DNA of 36,903 nt from Chrysochromulina tobinii (GCA_001275005.1 JWZX01002771.1:1-36903), one strand, 5' to 3'. Positions 24,136-35,208 are shown, numbered from the stretch's first letter. Notes: a model not told the origin generated them from the letters alone. Translations and numbers: made by a program.

Positions 24136-25014
24136 TCACTCATGCAAATATTGCATCAACACGAGGCTAGGGGCGCGCCTACCGGTGCGCTTGTTACGTT
24201 GGTTCAGCCACTGGGCATGGTACACAGACCATTGTCCCTGCGGCAGCGCCGCCGCGTGCTCCAGCACCACTGCTTCCTCCTCCATGCCCTCAGTGTGGCC
24301 TGGGTACAGCGTGACGCTCACGGCTCCGCCGACAGTGACCACACGCTGCGCCGCCTCAAGCGCAGGAATCGTGGTCGCTGTCGTGGTGACGATGGCCTTA
24401 TCTCCACCGGGCAGGTAGCCCAAGTTGAACACGACCAACCTCGCGCATCGCCCGCTCATCGCATCGAGCAGCTGGGCATGGCATCCGCGCTGCCACCGCA
24501 CAGCGAGGTTGCTGCTGCTGCTCGCGTGGTAAGCGTCCCACGCAGGGTAGCTGCTGCTGCCCCCAGACGACTCACACGCGTTCCCTTCGCCTTCGGCAAC
24601 CACCAACTTCCAGCCTTCAGACTCGAGGTGCTCCCGCATCCGCGCTTGTGCCCTCTCAATCGCCAAGTGCTGCACATCGAGGCAGATCAAGGTACCGCCT
24701 CCGACGCGCCCCAGAGCGCTTGCGAGAAAAGTGGCGTCGTGGCCATTGCCAAGCGTAGCGTCCACGACGGTATCGCCTGCTACGAGCGCAGCGGCCCAAT
24801 AGCGGTGGCCAAGGTCATTATGTGGGTGCATGAGGAATGCCTCCGCCGGCACTGGATGGCCGTCAAAGGTTCTATCAGCTGCGATCGGATGCTCCAAGAG
24901 CATATGCGGCAAACCTGATCGCCTTGACCACGTGCGTATCAGCCGGCCCAGTCGCCGCGCCGCGACGGTGCCGAGAAGCAACAGGAAGAGGCTGACTCGC
25001 ACCTTCGCCAACAT
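24136..25014 (-). CDS. Class I SAM-dependent methyltransferase of the YtqB/MnmM ('putative rRNA methylase') family, with an N-terminal targeting-like peptide
   Basis: VVDATLGNGHDATFLA, LDVQHLAI, VVFNLGYLPGGDKAIVT and LYPGHTEGMEE are family hallmarks. The N-terminus is hydrophobic and then Arg-rich. Confidence 0.85.
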   Translation of the reverse strand: MLAKVRVSLFLLLLGTVAARRLGRLIRTWSRRSGLPHMLLEHPIAADRTFDGHPVPAEAFLMHPHNDLGHRYWAAALVAGDTVVDATLGNGHDATFLASALGRVGGGTLICLDVQHLAIERAQARMREHLESEGWKLVVAEGEGNACESSGGSSSYPAWDAYHASSSSNLAVRWQRGCHAQLLDAMSGRCARLVVFNLGYLPGGDKAIVTTTATTIPALEAAQRVVTVGGAVSVTLYPGHTEGMEEEAVVLEHAAALPQGQWSVYHAQWLNQRNKRTGRRAPSLVLMQYLHE

Positions 25015-25774
25015 TTCTGTTCAACTCACTTGTGGGCTCAAAAAGAAAGACATGGAAAGAGTGTGAACGTTAACACGACAGACGCGACAGCCGGTGCTAC
25101 CGGTACGGCACTGCGTTTAAGAAATATGTGAAGACAAATTAATGTAAAGCAAGTCAAATCCAATCTGCGATCGGGAGGGCAGAACCCGGCACCGCTGGGC
25201 GCCCCGACGGTGTCACTACCCCCACCCTCCTAGCCTCCGTATGCCCGACGCACGGGCGCCGGGCCTCCCGGGACCCCGCGACCGGTGGCGACATGCATGG
25301 TCCCGCGCCGCGCCGTGTGGCGAGACACCAAGCGATGACAGCACTTCGCGGAGCCCGCACCCCACACAGTCACAGCCAGCGCGCAGCGCGTCGCCTGACT
25401 CACAGAGTCAACAGACATGAGACAACCCGACAATCGCAAGCCCGAGTCACGATGACACGATCTCGGAATATGCGGACGTGGGGCACATACACAGGATTCG
25501 GGCGTCGACCTTTTGAGGAATCCAATTCCTTGGCCTCCTTGCAACCTTGGCCTGCGTGTCACGGCCCGCCTCGTGCACGGCACCGTACATGTACTCATGT
25601 AGGGTCCCTGCCGTGTCGCCGCCAAACCGAACCGAACTGGGAACTGGGTCGGCTCAACCACCATGCTCTACCATGCTCCATGCTTCCATGCTGAGAGACC
25701 CCCCAAACCTATCGCCGACGCCCGGCCCGTGCCGCGAGAGGTTGAGGGCCACCGAGAAGAGCCTCTCAATCTCT

Positions 25775-25828
25775 ACCCTAACCCCAACCCCAAACCCCCA
25801 GACCCCAACCCCGAACCCGAACCCGAAC
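25775..25828 (+). repeat. Degenerate telomere-like hexamer tract (CCCTAA/CCCCAA/CCCGAA)
   Basis: accctaaccccaaccccaaacccccagaccccaaccccgaacccgaacccgaac is directly visible. Confidence 0.7.
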
Positions 25829-25902
25829 GCCGCTCTCATCCAAGCTCTGATAGGCCGCCCGTGCCACCTTGGATGGAGCGCCATGTTTGCAGGCATGCAC
25901 GC

Positions 25903-27139
25903 CTACAGTGGCTTGCGGCCGATGACCACGTACATTGGGGTGAAAGTACCCATCTCGCCGCCGGCGACGAGCCCAAGCTGTGCCTGTCGGAGCATCTCGC
26001 GAACCTTGCCCGAACCCCTGGGCGCAATGCCCACGAATTCCATGAAGTTGAGGACGATGTTCATCATGAAGGTGCCCCAATAGGTGAACTGCAGACGGAA
26101 GAGGCCCTCGCGTGACGCGAGGTTGTAGCTCGCGGTGAGGATCTTGTACCACGGCTCGCCGCCAGGGTTGGGGTCCAGCGCAGCGTCGCGGCTCTCAATG
26201 ATCTCGAATCCCGCGCGCTTCAGAGCCGCGTCGCAGCTCGTCGTCAGGGTGAGGCCGGGCAAGCCGTCGCCTTCCTCAATCTTCTTCTTGGACCAGACGT
26301 GGCGCTCGTTGAGAGGGTCGTGCTTCTCCGTCAGGCACCACTCGTACGAAGCAAAGTAACCGCCCGGTTTGAGCACGCGGAAGACCTCTGAGTACACATC
26401 CACCCGGTCGGGCGAGTGGCAGCAAGCCTCGATCGAGTAGCAGCTGTTGAAGGTGGCCTCAGCGAATGGCAGCTTGTGGAAGTCGGCTTGCACGAGCCGA
26501 CACCTATCGTCCAGGTGCGCCTCCTGGCACAGGCGGTTGCCGCGGTCAACCTGGTACTGGTTGAGCGTCACGCCGGTGACCTTTGCGCTGGTGAAGCGGC
26601 CGATGTTGCGCAGCGGGCCGCCGATGCCGCAGCCGCAGTCGAGCACGTGATCGGACGGCTTGATGCCCAAGCGCATCGCGAGGTAGTACTCGTGGCGCGC
26701 AATCGACATTCCGAAGTCCTCGCCCTGCAGTCGCTCGGCAAAGTGGAAACTCTGGCCCCAGCCCCACTCGTAGAAGTCTGTTGCGAGGTTGTAGTATGAG
26801 TTGACCAGGTCGACATATGCCGCGTTGCGTCCCTCAACACTCGTCTTCTTGTCATCGTGCAGCGCATTGTACTTGTCAATGTCGTGGCTGCCCTTGCCCG
26901 AGACCTGTCCGCTCTTGCCGCTCGTCCAACTGTCTAAGATCTGCGAGACGCGCCCGGAGAACGTCTGACGCACCGCCCTGCAGAGAGATTTGGTGGAGGC
27001 GGTGTCGGCGAGCGTGTCAGAGACAATGCGGGTCCAACGGTGCGTGATGCTGCACGTCGTCGAGCGCGCGCGCGCGCGGGGCGGGGCAGAAGGCTCTGCA
27101 CACATAGATGCCGAGTGTCGAGATCTTCGGGTTACGCAT
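25903..27139 (-). CDS. SMT1: Sterol 24-C-methyltransferase (ERG6/SMT1 family); 5' exon uncertain
   Basis: VNSYYNLATDFYEWGWGQSFHFA (SMT region I), VLDCGCGIGGP, YSIEACCH, VLKPGGYFASYEW and FTPMYVVIGRKP. A possible first exon starts at ATG 27139 and splices to the CTCTGCAG acceptor near 26978. Confidence 0.92.
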
Positions 27140-27349
27140 CTGGACGTCCGCTTCCGGTAAAGATTCTCGTCCGGAAATTGCACCCGCGTTTGGGGTGGAC
27201 ACCGCGTTCCAGTGCTCCGAAATGTTTACCTCAAAGCAAACTGCGGTTGGGGCGTCCAAACACACGAGTGACGCACACGAGAAACCTCAGTGCATCAGAC
27301 GCACGCACATACGTGATACGTCTCCTCAGACGCGGGTCACTTCACCTGT

Positions 27350-28237
27350 TCACAGGTAGCCGAGGCCTGCCGCACTTCGCAACCGTTCATAGAGAGGGAA
27401 GGTGATGACGAAATGCGGCCCGAGGCGCAGGAATGTGGCAAACGCGCCGCGCCAGAGCGAAAACACGCCTTCCCTTCCACAGGTCTTGGCCAAACAGTCG
27501 TACACACCTGCGTACGCGCCGACGCGGTCGCCCATGACGCGAGTCTTGAGCATGTCGGCGGGCGCCGTGACGAGCGTCGCGCACACTGCCGATACTTGGG
27601 AGCAGAAGATGTGCAACCCAAGCCCGTCGGGTACTGGTAGCTGATCACGTAGCAGATGCTTGCTGTGATCGTACGAGGCTAGCTGCGAGGCGGCCATCAG
27701 CATGCCTCGCGCCACACTCGGCGTCGCGCCTCGCATAGCGATTCCCTCGGCGGCCACAGCACGCAGCCCGGCGACAGTGCTGGGCCACGTCGGCGGATGG
27801 CCGGCACGCAGCCCGGTTGTGTATCGCCCGTCCGCTCCGACTGCTCCAGCCTCTGCCATGAAGCTAACCTTGACCACATCAATCGGATTGCTGATGACAG
27901 ACCCGAGACCACCCGTGACCGCACCGGCGATGATCTTGCCGCCCAGGCCGTTATCGACTCCCAAAACTTGCTTGATGTAAGGGTATAGCCCCATGCGAGT
28001 CGTGGAGTATAAGGCCTCTCGCAACAGCGTGGCAGCCAGCGCTGTCGTCCAAAGTGAAGCGATGCCCTGCTCTGCGCTGATCTTCCGTGCACAGTCGCCG
28101 ACGCCGCGATAAAGTGCCGCACCGCCCGGCGATTGAAGGCGCAGTTTGACTACATCGGACGGATTGAGCAGCGCGGTGCTCAGGCCATTGGCCACGCCCG
28201 CGCACCCCATGTCGAGGACAATGTTGCCGATACCCAT
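27350..28237 (-). CDS. Mitochondrial carrier (SLC25), UCP/dicarboxylate/oxoglutarate-carrier-like
   Basis: Three Px[D/E]xxK motifs (PSDVVKLRLQ, PIDVVKVSF, PADMLKTRVM), plus YSTTRMGLY, ASQLASYDHSK and FLRLGPHFVITF. Confidence 0.92.
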   Translation of the reverse strand: MGIGNIVLDMGCAGVANGLSTALLNPSDVVKLRLQSPGGAALYRGVGDCARKISAEQGIASLWTTALAATLLREALYSTTRMGLYPYIKQVLGVDNGLGGKIIAGAVTGGLGSVISNPIDVVKVSFMAEAGAVGADGRYTTGLRAGHPPTWPSTVAGLRAVAAEGIAMRGATPSVARGMLMAASQLASYDHSKHLLRDQLPVPDGLGLHIFCSQVSAVCATLVTAPADMLKTRVMGDRVGAYAGVYDCLAKTCGREGVFSLWRGAFATFLRLGPHFVITFPLYERLRSAAGLGYL

Positions 28238-28695
28238 TCGCTGCTCAGTACCGTGCACTCCAGTCAGTCAGTCAGTCAGTTATGTCGCGGCCACACCCGC
28301 GCTCACCACACCTGCTTACTCCCCCAATGCGCATCGGACTCATGCCTCGGCCCTGTGGTGCTGCTGCCCAAGAGTTCGAGGAAAAAGAGCTCGAAACGGC
28401 GCCCTAACAGAATCGAAGCCGTCAATCCGTCGGGGAGTTGGGTAGGAGGGATAAGGTTGGTGTAGGTCCTAGATTCATGTACAGCTTTGTAAAATGTCGG
28501 ACGCGATGTGAACGAGATATTCACCGAGAATAATCGAGAATCCGAGATACCGTTACAGTTGAGATATGGGAGATTCAAACGAGTAATTGTTCTATCCGGC
28601 TTTGTAAACTGTCGGTAGGAGACTGCAGACTGCAGTGGTTAACTTGCAAGTTTCTTAGCTGTGAACATGGCTGTGAATCGAATCTCGCTTACCCG

Positions 28696-28727
28696 AAGTC
28701 AAGTCAAGTCGTGACTTGACTTGACTT
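28696..28727. repeat. Perfect hairpin (AAGTC)3-GT-(GACTT)3
   Basis: 15-bp inverted arms at 28696-28710 and 28713-28727. Confidence 0.9.
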
Positions 28728-28939
28728 GAGGCATGCTGTCACATGCCGCAAGGCATTAGCAAGGCAAAGTTCTGAGCGCAAATTTGGCCAGGCTCTTATT
28801 CGCACTTATGGTATAGCGCGATAAGAGCCTCTGGGTGTGTTGCCATCTGTGTTGCGTGAAGTACAACAAACGCACAAACCACCACATGCGGTGAGGGGGT
28901 CATGGTCGCACAACTGTGGTCGCATCGCATGGTCCTTTG

Positions 28940-29422
28940 TCAGCCCATCCCCACCATTTCCGTCAGCCCAGCCCCACCGCCCGGGACACGAGCACCGTTG
29001 CTTCTCACCTCGAGACTCGCCGCCAGACCCCGACGCTCGGGGCTTGCCCATCGGTCACGCCTCTGCTCGCCGCGCGAGGCCTCACTCTGCGTCTCCGTCC
29101 ACGCCTCACTCCTTGGCACCGGAGTCGTGCCACTGCTGCCGCCGCCTGACGCCCTCGCCCTCGCCGCCAGTCCCCGCAGCGGCGGGCTAGCCCAACGCTC
29201 AGCGCTCGGGACGGCGCCCCGTTGTGTCGGTGGGCTGACCGCCCTCGTCGTCATCGCCGTCACTCTCGTCGGCGGCGGTGGTGTCGGCTGCCGCTGCGAA
29301 ACACCACGTTGCGCCGTCATCCGCTCCGCACTCCTCGTTGGCTTGGATGCCGTCGGCGGCGGCGCCGTAGGTACACTGTCTTGCACCGAGATGCGGTTTA
29401 GATTCCCGGCGCTGCTTGGCCT

Positions 29423-29454
<32 letters not shown>

Positions 29455-30610
29455 GCCGCCGCAGCGGCCACTGATGCGGCTGCGACGGCGCCGCCGCTGC
29501 CGTGCTGCGGCTCCCTTTGCTCGGCGACGTCCCGCCATCCTCGTCGTCGTGCCCTTCTGACTCCTTCTCGTCCTCCTTCTTGTCCGCCCAAGAGGCCACC
29601 GTGTCTTGAGAAAAGTCCCCGTCCTTCGTCTTTTGTTCGAAGGGGTCTCTGCTCGATGGAGAAAGTGTGTCGAGGAACGTTGTGTCGTCAGCGGTGCCAC
29701 CACGAAGAATCGGGCTTGCCGATGGGAGTGACTCACCGCCGCCGCTACCATGCGGCGCTGACCTCGTCCAGGACTCCCCCTTCGAAGCCCGCTCACTTGC
29801 CACGCCGCCGCTCATCACGTCGCCCATCGCGTCTCCGCCAACTCCTCCGCCAACTCCTCCGCCTCCTCCGCCTCCTCCGCCTCCTCCTCCACTGCTTCCG
29901 CCTCCGCCGCCTCCGCCGCCTCCGCCGCCTCCGTCGCCTCTGCAGCCTCCGCCGCTTCCACCGCCTCCACCGCCTCCGCTGCCCTGCGTTGCGGATGTGG
30001 GGACCGGCGTTGGCGGCGGCTTCAATGGCACGGGTGTGGCGCCCGGCGTTGGCGGCGGCCTTAAAGGCAGCAATCCGCTCGCTTGCAAGCGATGGATGGT
30101 CTTTGCAACCATGTCCTGCAGCTGGGCGATATCGCGCGTCGTCTGCCTGGTCTCCTCGTCGAGAAGGCGCGTGGCCGTGCGCAGGCGCTCGTGAGCCACC
30201 GCGCCATCACTCGTGTGCCACGATGAGCACACCTTCGGGGTCGTGAGCCGAATGCGCTCGTGTAGTATCTGGGCTGCCGCTCTGTGCTCCTCCGCAATCT
30301 GGTTGCGCACCGCCAGAGTGTTACGCTCGAGAGCGGCGCGCCACTCACGGTGCGTCGCGTCATGTTCGGCATCGTGCTGCGAGCTGCGAGCGACGGCGAG
30401 CGCCATCCACGTATTCCGATCACCACTCTGTACATCATCGCCAGGAAGTATCAATGGCGAACGAGCGATACTAGCTCGGCTGAGCCGCCGACTAGAGCTT
30501 CTCTCTACAAATCTACGGGCCACTAAGCTGGGCGAGGAAGCTTTGCCGCCCGGACTGCGCGGCGATGAACCGCACTTGGGAGGACTCATTGTCGTCGGCG
30601 TGTCGGGCAT
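28940..30610 (-). CDS. Hypothetical low-complexity protein (short coiled coil, poly-Gly, poly-Gln, Ser/Pro-rich)
   Basis: A 556-aa ATG-initiated ORF with no recognisable domain. Trinucleotide tracts lie at about 29424-29452 and 29835-29980. Confidence 0.5.
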
Positions 30611-30851
30611 GTGGTTCGGCTACATGTACCGAACACCAGCACGGCTCGGGATTGCTGTGAATGAAGGTATCTTCGCTACTTCGATGCGCGGGCTTTGCTT
30701 TCGCCAACATGAGGTCCTTTTCTCGTCTAGTGTTGGTGTGGATGACATTTGGTGTGATGTGAATGAACGTGAATTTCTCTTCTTTTTTTGGCAGTTTCTC
30801 TGCTCTCCGTCTGCATGTGGTCTTCGCAGCATCTCGCTCCTGCTGTGAATC

Positions 30852-32096
30852 ATGGCTGAATTCATAATGATTGATCCACTTTCACAGCTCTTCAAGAACA
30901 TGCTGGGCGATCTGCACACGCCTTGGTCGCACCTCGCCCGCCGATTGCGCACGGATGCCTCCTTTACAACGCTGGTACTCGCCTCGACTCCATTCTCCTC
31001 CATGCCAACCGAGGTGCTGCAAGCACTCTCAGAGAGCGAACACGTCCACACCATACACTTCCAACTGATGGGCATGGTCGACACTGACTGCCGAATTGTC
31101 GCAAAGTTTGGGCTGCCCTTGCGGACTCTGACGACGCTCAAGCTCTCGCGCAATAGTATCAGCGCAGCAGGCATACCCGCCATCGCGTCAGCCGCACTGT
31201 TGCCAACTACATCTGCGCTCACGAGTCTGGATCTGAGCGCCAACCCTCTGGGCAGTGACCTCGCAGAATTGGGCCGCGCCGTCGCACGGAGCCGGGTGCG
31301 GATACTCAACCTGAGCAGCACTCAATGTGCCGAGGGCCTGACTGAGATGGTGACCGAGATGGCGAAGGCGCTGCGTGACGAGGGCTTGGACCGGCCTGGC
31401 ATGCTCCAGACATTGCAATTGCAGAATAACGCTATCGATGACGAGGTCGCGGCCAGCTTGGTGGCGCCACTCGCCGCTGCAGGCGTCTGTGAGCTTTTTC
31501 TAGGCAAGAACCGCATCGGAGACACTGGGGGGTCGGCACTGGCGCAAGGCTGTGCCGAGACCGACTGCCATGGCACTCTCACAAGCCCGTTGCGCAAGCT
31601 GAGCCTCATCGAGAATCGATTGGGCAACGCGGCGGCTTGCTCCTTTGCGAGTGCGCTCAGTGCGAGCTGCCCGTTGCTGGCGCTCAACTTGAGCCACAAC
31701 TCCATCGGCGACGAGGGCGTTGTTGCGCTCGCGGCCAGCGTGCAGCACAATGCACGGATCACCAGCCTCGACGTAGGCATCAATGTGGCGTCCAAACAGG
31801 CAACTTCAGATGTTGCGGCACACATGACGCGTGAGGCCCAGACCCGTCGTCGCCACGCGCAGTTCCGCCACGCTGCCCGCCACCTGCTCCTCTCCAACCG
31901 CTTCCCGCGCGGAGGCGAAGGAGAGATGCTGCTAGCCAAAGTTCCCCACGCCGTACTGCTCGCCATCTTAGAGCTCTCGAAGCCTGACGGCTTCAGTTTT
32001 GAGGCCACGCACGTGGCTGCGCACGCCGGTGCTCCGTCTCTTGCACAAACGTCTGTCGTTTTGCTTTCCGAGCTTAATCAGCCCGGAACGCGGTAA
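30852..32096 (+). CDS. Ribonuclease-inhibitor-type LRR protein, single exon, with a possible C-terminal F-box-like motif
   Basis: Repeats include LTTLKLSRNSI, LTSLDLSANPLG, LQTLQLQNNAID, ELFLGKNRIGD, LRKLSLIENRLG and LNLSHNSIGDEGVVALA. The C-terminus has LLAKVPHAVLLAILELS. Confidence 0.85.
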   Translation: MAEFIMIDPLSQLFKNMLGDLHTPWSHLARRLRTDASFTTLVLASTPFSSMPTEVLQALSESEHVHTIHFQLMGMVDTDCRIVAKFGLPLRTLTTLKLSRNSISAAGIPAIASAALLPTTSALTSLDLSANPLGSDLAELGRAVARSRVRILNLSSTQCAEGLTEMVTEMAKALRDEGLDRPGMLQTLQLQNNAIDDEVAASLVAPLAAAGVCELFLGKNRIGDTGGSALAQGCAETDCHGTLTSPLRKLSLIENRLGNAAACSFASALSASCPLLALNLSHNSIGDEGVVALAASVQHNARITSLDVGINVASKQATSDVAAHMTREAQTRRRHAQFRHAARHLLLSNRFPRGGEGEMLLAKVPHAVLLAILELSKPDGFSFEATHVAAHAGAPSLAQTSVVLLSELNQPGTR

Positions 32097-32614
32097 CGGC
32101 GTCCGATCGGATTGTGCCGGATCGGCGGATGGAAAGCGAATCAGCGCAAAACGGCTTCGCGACACTACGTGCCTCGCCTCGTAGCCGGCACGAAGCCCTA
32201 AGCCGGTCGAGACCGTACAATCTACAAAGACCGTACCCTCCCGAACCCAAGAACAACCCATGGGCGCCTCACACCCGCACACCACGCAATCCACCATACG
32301 TGTACCGGGTACACATACACGTCTGACGTCACAGCACAAGACGTCGGACACCCCTGCGACCTTTCACGTCGCACACAGGCTTCATCCGCTCATCACCAGG
32401 CCGCCACATCCGAATGGTCAATGCACACGGTACACGCGACGCTGAGACCCCGCCCGACCCGCGAGCCCGACCCTGCCCCCCATCACAGTCACTGTTACTC
32501 ACAGTAATGCCCGTATACAGGACCTAAGGTGCTTGCAACTTCAGCTTCCCCAGAAGCAACTTAGAGCGTTCTGGGCTGAAAGCAGATCAAAGACCTAAGG
32601 TAATGAAGAGTTGA

Positions 32615-34900
32615 TCATATGATGGAGAGTCGTGACACAGAGCCCTTTGCTAGTCCATCGACCCTCATCATTGTAGGTCGCTCAAAGGCGTTCAATGTGT
32701 GCGCTTTGGACGCGGTAGTCTGTGCCCTTCCTTTGACAGACGGTGGCAGCGCGCGGATTCCGTTAACGCCGATGCTCGCGAGCGGAGCACGGCCCGGCTT
32801 GACTTGGGCGAGCGAGGCGAGCGAGGCGGACTTGGGCAAGCCTGTGGGAAAGGTCGAGTGTGCCCGTGCGCGAGCATGTGGCACGCTTTGTTGTGCCTCT
32901 GGCTGAAGAGTGGCGATGGAGTGGCTCAAGTCACGCAGTAGGCCCTTCATCACCTCCGCCACCCCCGCCGTTGGGACTTCCTCCCTCGTCAGCGTGCCAA
33001 CCTCGCCCTCGGTACCTTCGAGGGGCATCTTTTCTTGATCGGCCTCGATCTCGGCCCTGAGCTCGGCCTCGATCTCGGCCCTGAGCTCGGCCTCATCGTC
33101 TTCAATGACCGGCTGCTCATCCCAACCAGGCGCGAAGGCCGGCTTGCCGCCCGGCAGTGTGAACTTGCCCCGGCGCTCGGGCACGGAGCCCGCCTCGATT
33201 GATAGCGAGACACCCACCTTGCGCTTTGTCCTCTTCGTCTCAACAGGGTCGCTACTAGCCTCCCCCGGGGCCTCCGAGGGCGCCGGAGGCTCCTCGTTAG
33301 GCTCCTCGAGTCGAAACGCGATCGCCTCCGGCCCCGCCGGCTCTAGCTGCCCAATTCCGACCTCCGGCACCCTCGCATGCCCCACTGGCTCCTGCTGTCG
33401 CGCTCTGGTTTCCCCGACCGTCGTCGGCTCGGAGGAGGCCGCGGACGGCGAGCGCGTCGGCGCCGGTGAGCGCTGTAGCGAGCGCGTCGGCGTGGCACCC
33501 GTCGGTGTGGAGATGGCGCGGGCAAGGTGGAGGCGGAGGAGGCCGCTCACTGCGTTCAGCGAGCCTCCCACCGCGTCCGCGGCCCATGCGGCAGCAGCGG
33601 CCAGCGGGCTTTGGACCAGCGGGCTTTGGGCTTTCGCCGAAGGTGACGACGAGAGCACTCGGCCTGGGCTAGCCTTGAGGTGGCCGATGGCGCGGGTGAG
33701 CAGGGATGGCGTTGGCGCCACAAGGGTTGGCTCCTCAAATGTGTGTGAGTCAGGCTTGGCTCCAAATCTCGGCGATGTGGGCAGCGAGCATGACGGTGGC
33801 AAGGACGGCTGGGTGCGGCCAGTGGTGCCCTGCGCACGTGATCGGCCCTTGGCAGCAAGCTCGTGCAGCGCCCTCTGTGCTTCTTCGAGTGCATGTATTG
33901 CCGCCGCACGCTCGCGCTTCGCTTCTTGTTCTGCGAGCAGCTTCGTATGCTGCGCGTCCCTCACGACGCCGCCTGCTCGTTCGGCCGCCAACCAGCGCTG
34001 CTTCGCGTCCTGCCAGCGCCAGCCGATCGAAACCAGCGCGCTCGACGGCCGTGGTCGCAGCTTACCAGAATGTGGCGACACGACGAGCGTAAGGGCGGCC
34101 GGCATGGGCTGAGCCACCGCAGCGGAAGCGGCGGCGGCTCCCTGGCCGACGCCTTCCATCTCCTCGTCGCCATCTGCAGCCCGCCTCGCGCGAACCAGAA
34201 GCTCATTCAGCTGGTGGAACGCTTGGCGTGGCGCACGCGCCATCGGAAGGCTCAGGGGGTCGTCGGCGAGGAGTTCAAGGGAGCGCCCTTTCGCCGCCGC
34301 CGCTCGCGCCAGGACGAGCTTCGAGAGCGGTTTGAAGGTAGACAAGCCGAGCTCGTCCACTTGGCGCAGCTGGCGCTGCAATAGCAACATCTCCTCGAGT
34401 GCCTCGCGTAACCCCTGCGTGTGCTGCGCCCGGCTCCGGCTTGCTGTAGCTGATGGTGTCTTGGGCCGGAAGCTCTCCAGCTGCCGACGAATGCCCTTGA
34501 TTCGTCGGATGAGAGGGGCTGTCAGCCCGTCGAGCAGCGCGATTGCCTCATCGAGCAGCTTCCCACGTTCAGTCATGATGAAGCGCAGGTGCTGAACCAT
34601 CGCACATCTCATGGCAAGGAGTTGGAAGCGTAGTTTGGAGTTGCCTGCCCCACGGCGAAGACCTACTGCTAAGATCAGTGCCGCCTCCTTCGATGCGGCT
34701 CGTTTACCCCGGCACTTGGCATCGTCAACCAGCCGCGCATCGAGGCGAACGAGCTCCGCTAGGGCTGAAAACCCCGAGCGTGGAGGTTCACTGCGAGAGA
34801 CAAGCTTGCGATTCGCGATGATGACACGATCTGCGCATGTCGCTTCGCGATAAAGGACTTCCTCGACGTCCTCTCGTGACATCCTTTGGGAGTCCACCAT
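32615..34900 (-). CDS. Hypothetical 761-aa protein (helical N-terminal half, disordered S/P/E-rich C-terminal half)
   Basis: A long uninterrupted ATG ORF flanked by AT-richer intergenic DNA. A 24-bp tandem duplication at about 33040-33094 encodes EAELRAEI twice. Confidence 0.6.
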   Translation of the reverse strand: MVDSQRMSREDVEEVLYREATCADRVIIANRKLVSRSEPPRSGFSALAELVRLDARLVDDAKCRGKRAASKEAALILAVGLRRGAGNSKLRFQLLAMRCAMVQHLRFIMTERGKLLDEAIALLDGLTAPLIRRIKGIRRQLESFRPKTPSATASRSRAQHTQGLREALEEMLLLQRQLRQVDELGLSTFKPLSKLVLARAAAAKGRSLELLADDPLSLPMARAPRQAFHQLNELLVRARRAADGDEEMEGVGQGAAAASAAVAQPMPAALTLVVSPHSGKLRPRPSSALVSIGWRWQDAKQRWLAAERAGGVVRDAQHTKLLAEQEAKRERAAAIHALEEAQRALHELAAKGRSRAQGTTGRTQPSLPPSCSLPTSPRFGAKPDSHTFEEPTLVAPTPSLLTRAIGHLKASPGRVLSSSPSAKAQSPLVQSPLAAAAAWAADAVGGSLNAVSGLLRLHLARAISTPTGATPTRSLQRSPAPTRSPSAASSEPTTVGETRARQQEPVGHARVPEVGIGQLEPAGPEAIAFRLEEPNEEPPAPSEAPGEASSDPVETKRTKRKVGVSLSIEAGSVPERRGKFTLPGGKPAFAPGWDEQPVIEDDEAELRAEIEAELRAEIEADQEKMPLEGTEGEVGTLTREEVPTAGVAEVMKGLLRDLSHSIATLQPEAQQSVPHARARAHSTFPTGLPKSASLASLAQVKPGRAPLASIGVNGIRALPPSVKGRAQTTASKAHTLNAFERPTMMRVDGLAKGSVSRLSII

Positions 34901-35208
34901 GGCTCATTCAAAACGGGGAGTGTGAATGATCACCTTTGTCTGTGAAGTACCGTCTCCTTTCAAGACGACCAGCCAATTATGTACCAGGTATGGTTTGTTC
35001 GTTTGGAGCGCTCAAGCTCAGTGAACTAGACTATTGTCATGTGAAATGTACATTATCATCATCTTACTAAATGCTATAGGAATTACATGAGGGCTCAATT
35101 TCTGCCTGGCATGACAAGCGTCGTTTCGGCGCGTTTCGTACGGCCGAGACAACTTGGCGAAGTTGCTCCCCTCGCGCGAGCACATCTTTGGAATCCGGCT
35201 TGGTCAGT

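Noticed and set aside
24136..28237. Methyltransferase, SMT and carrier as a metabolic gene cluster
   Set aside because: Their functions (tRNA modification, sterol alkylation, mitochondrial transport) are unrelated, and co-orientation alone is not evidence.
29835..29980. Poly-Pro ORF on the + strand (formin- or extensin-like)
   Set aside because: It is the antisense reading of a poly-Gly trinucleotide tract in the longer minus-strand ORF.
32521..32601. 10-bp direct repeat GACCTAAGGT as a target-site duplication
   Set aside because: It is short, with no terminal repeats or other element features between the copies, so it is compatible with chance.
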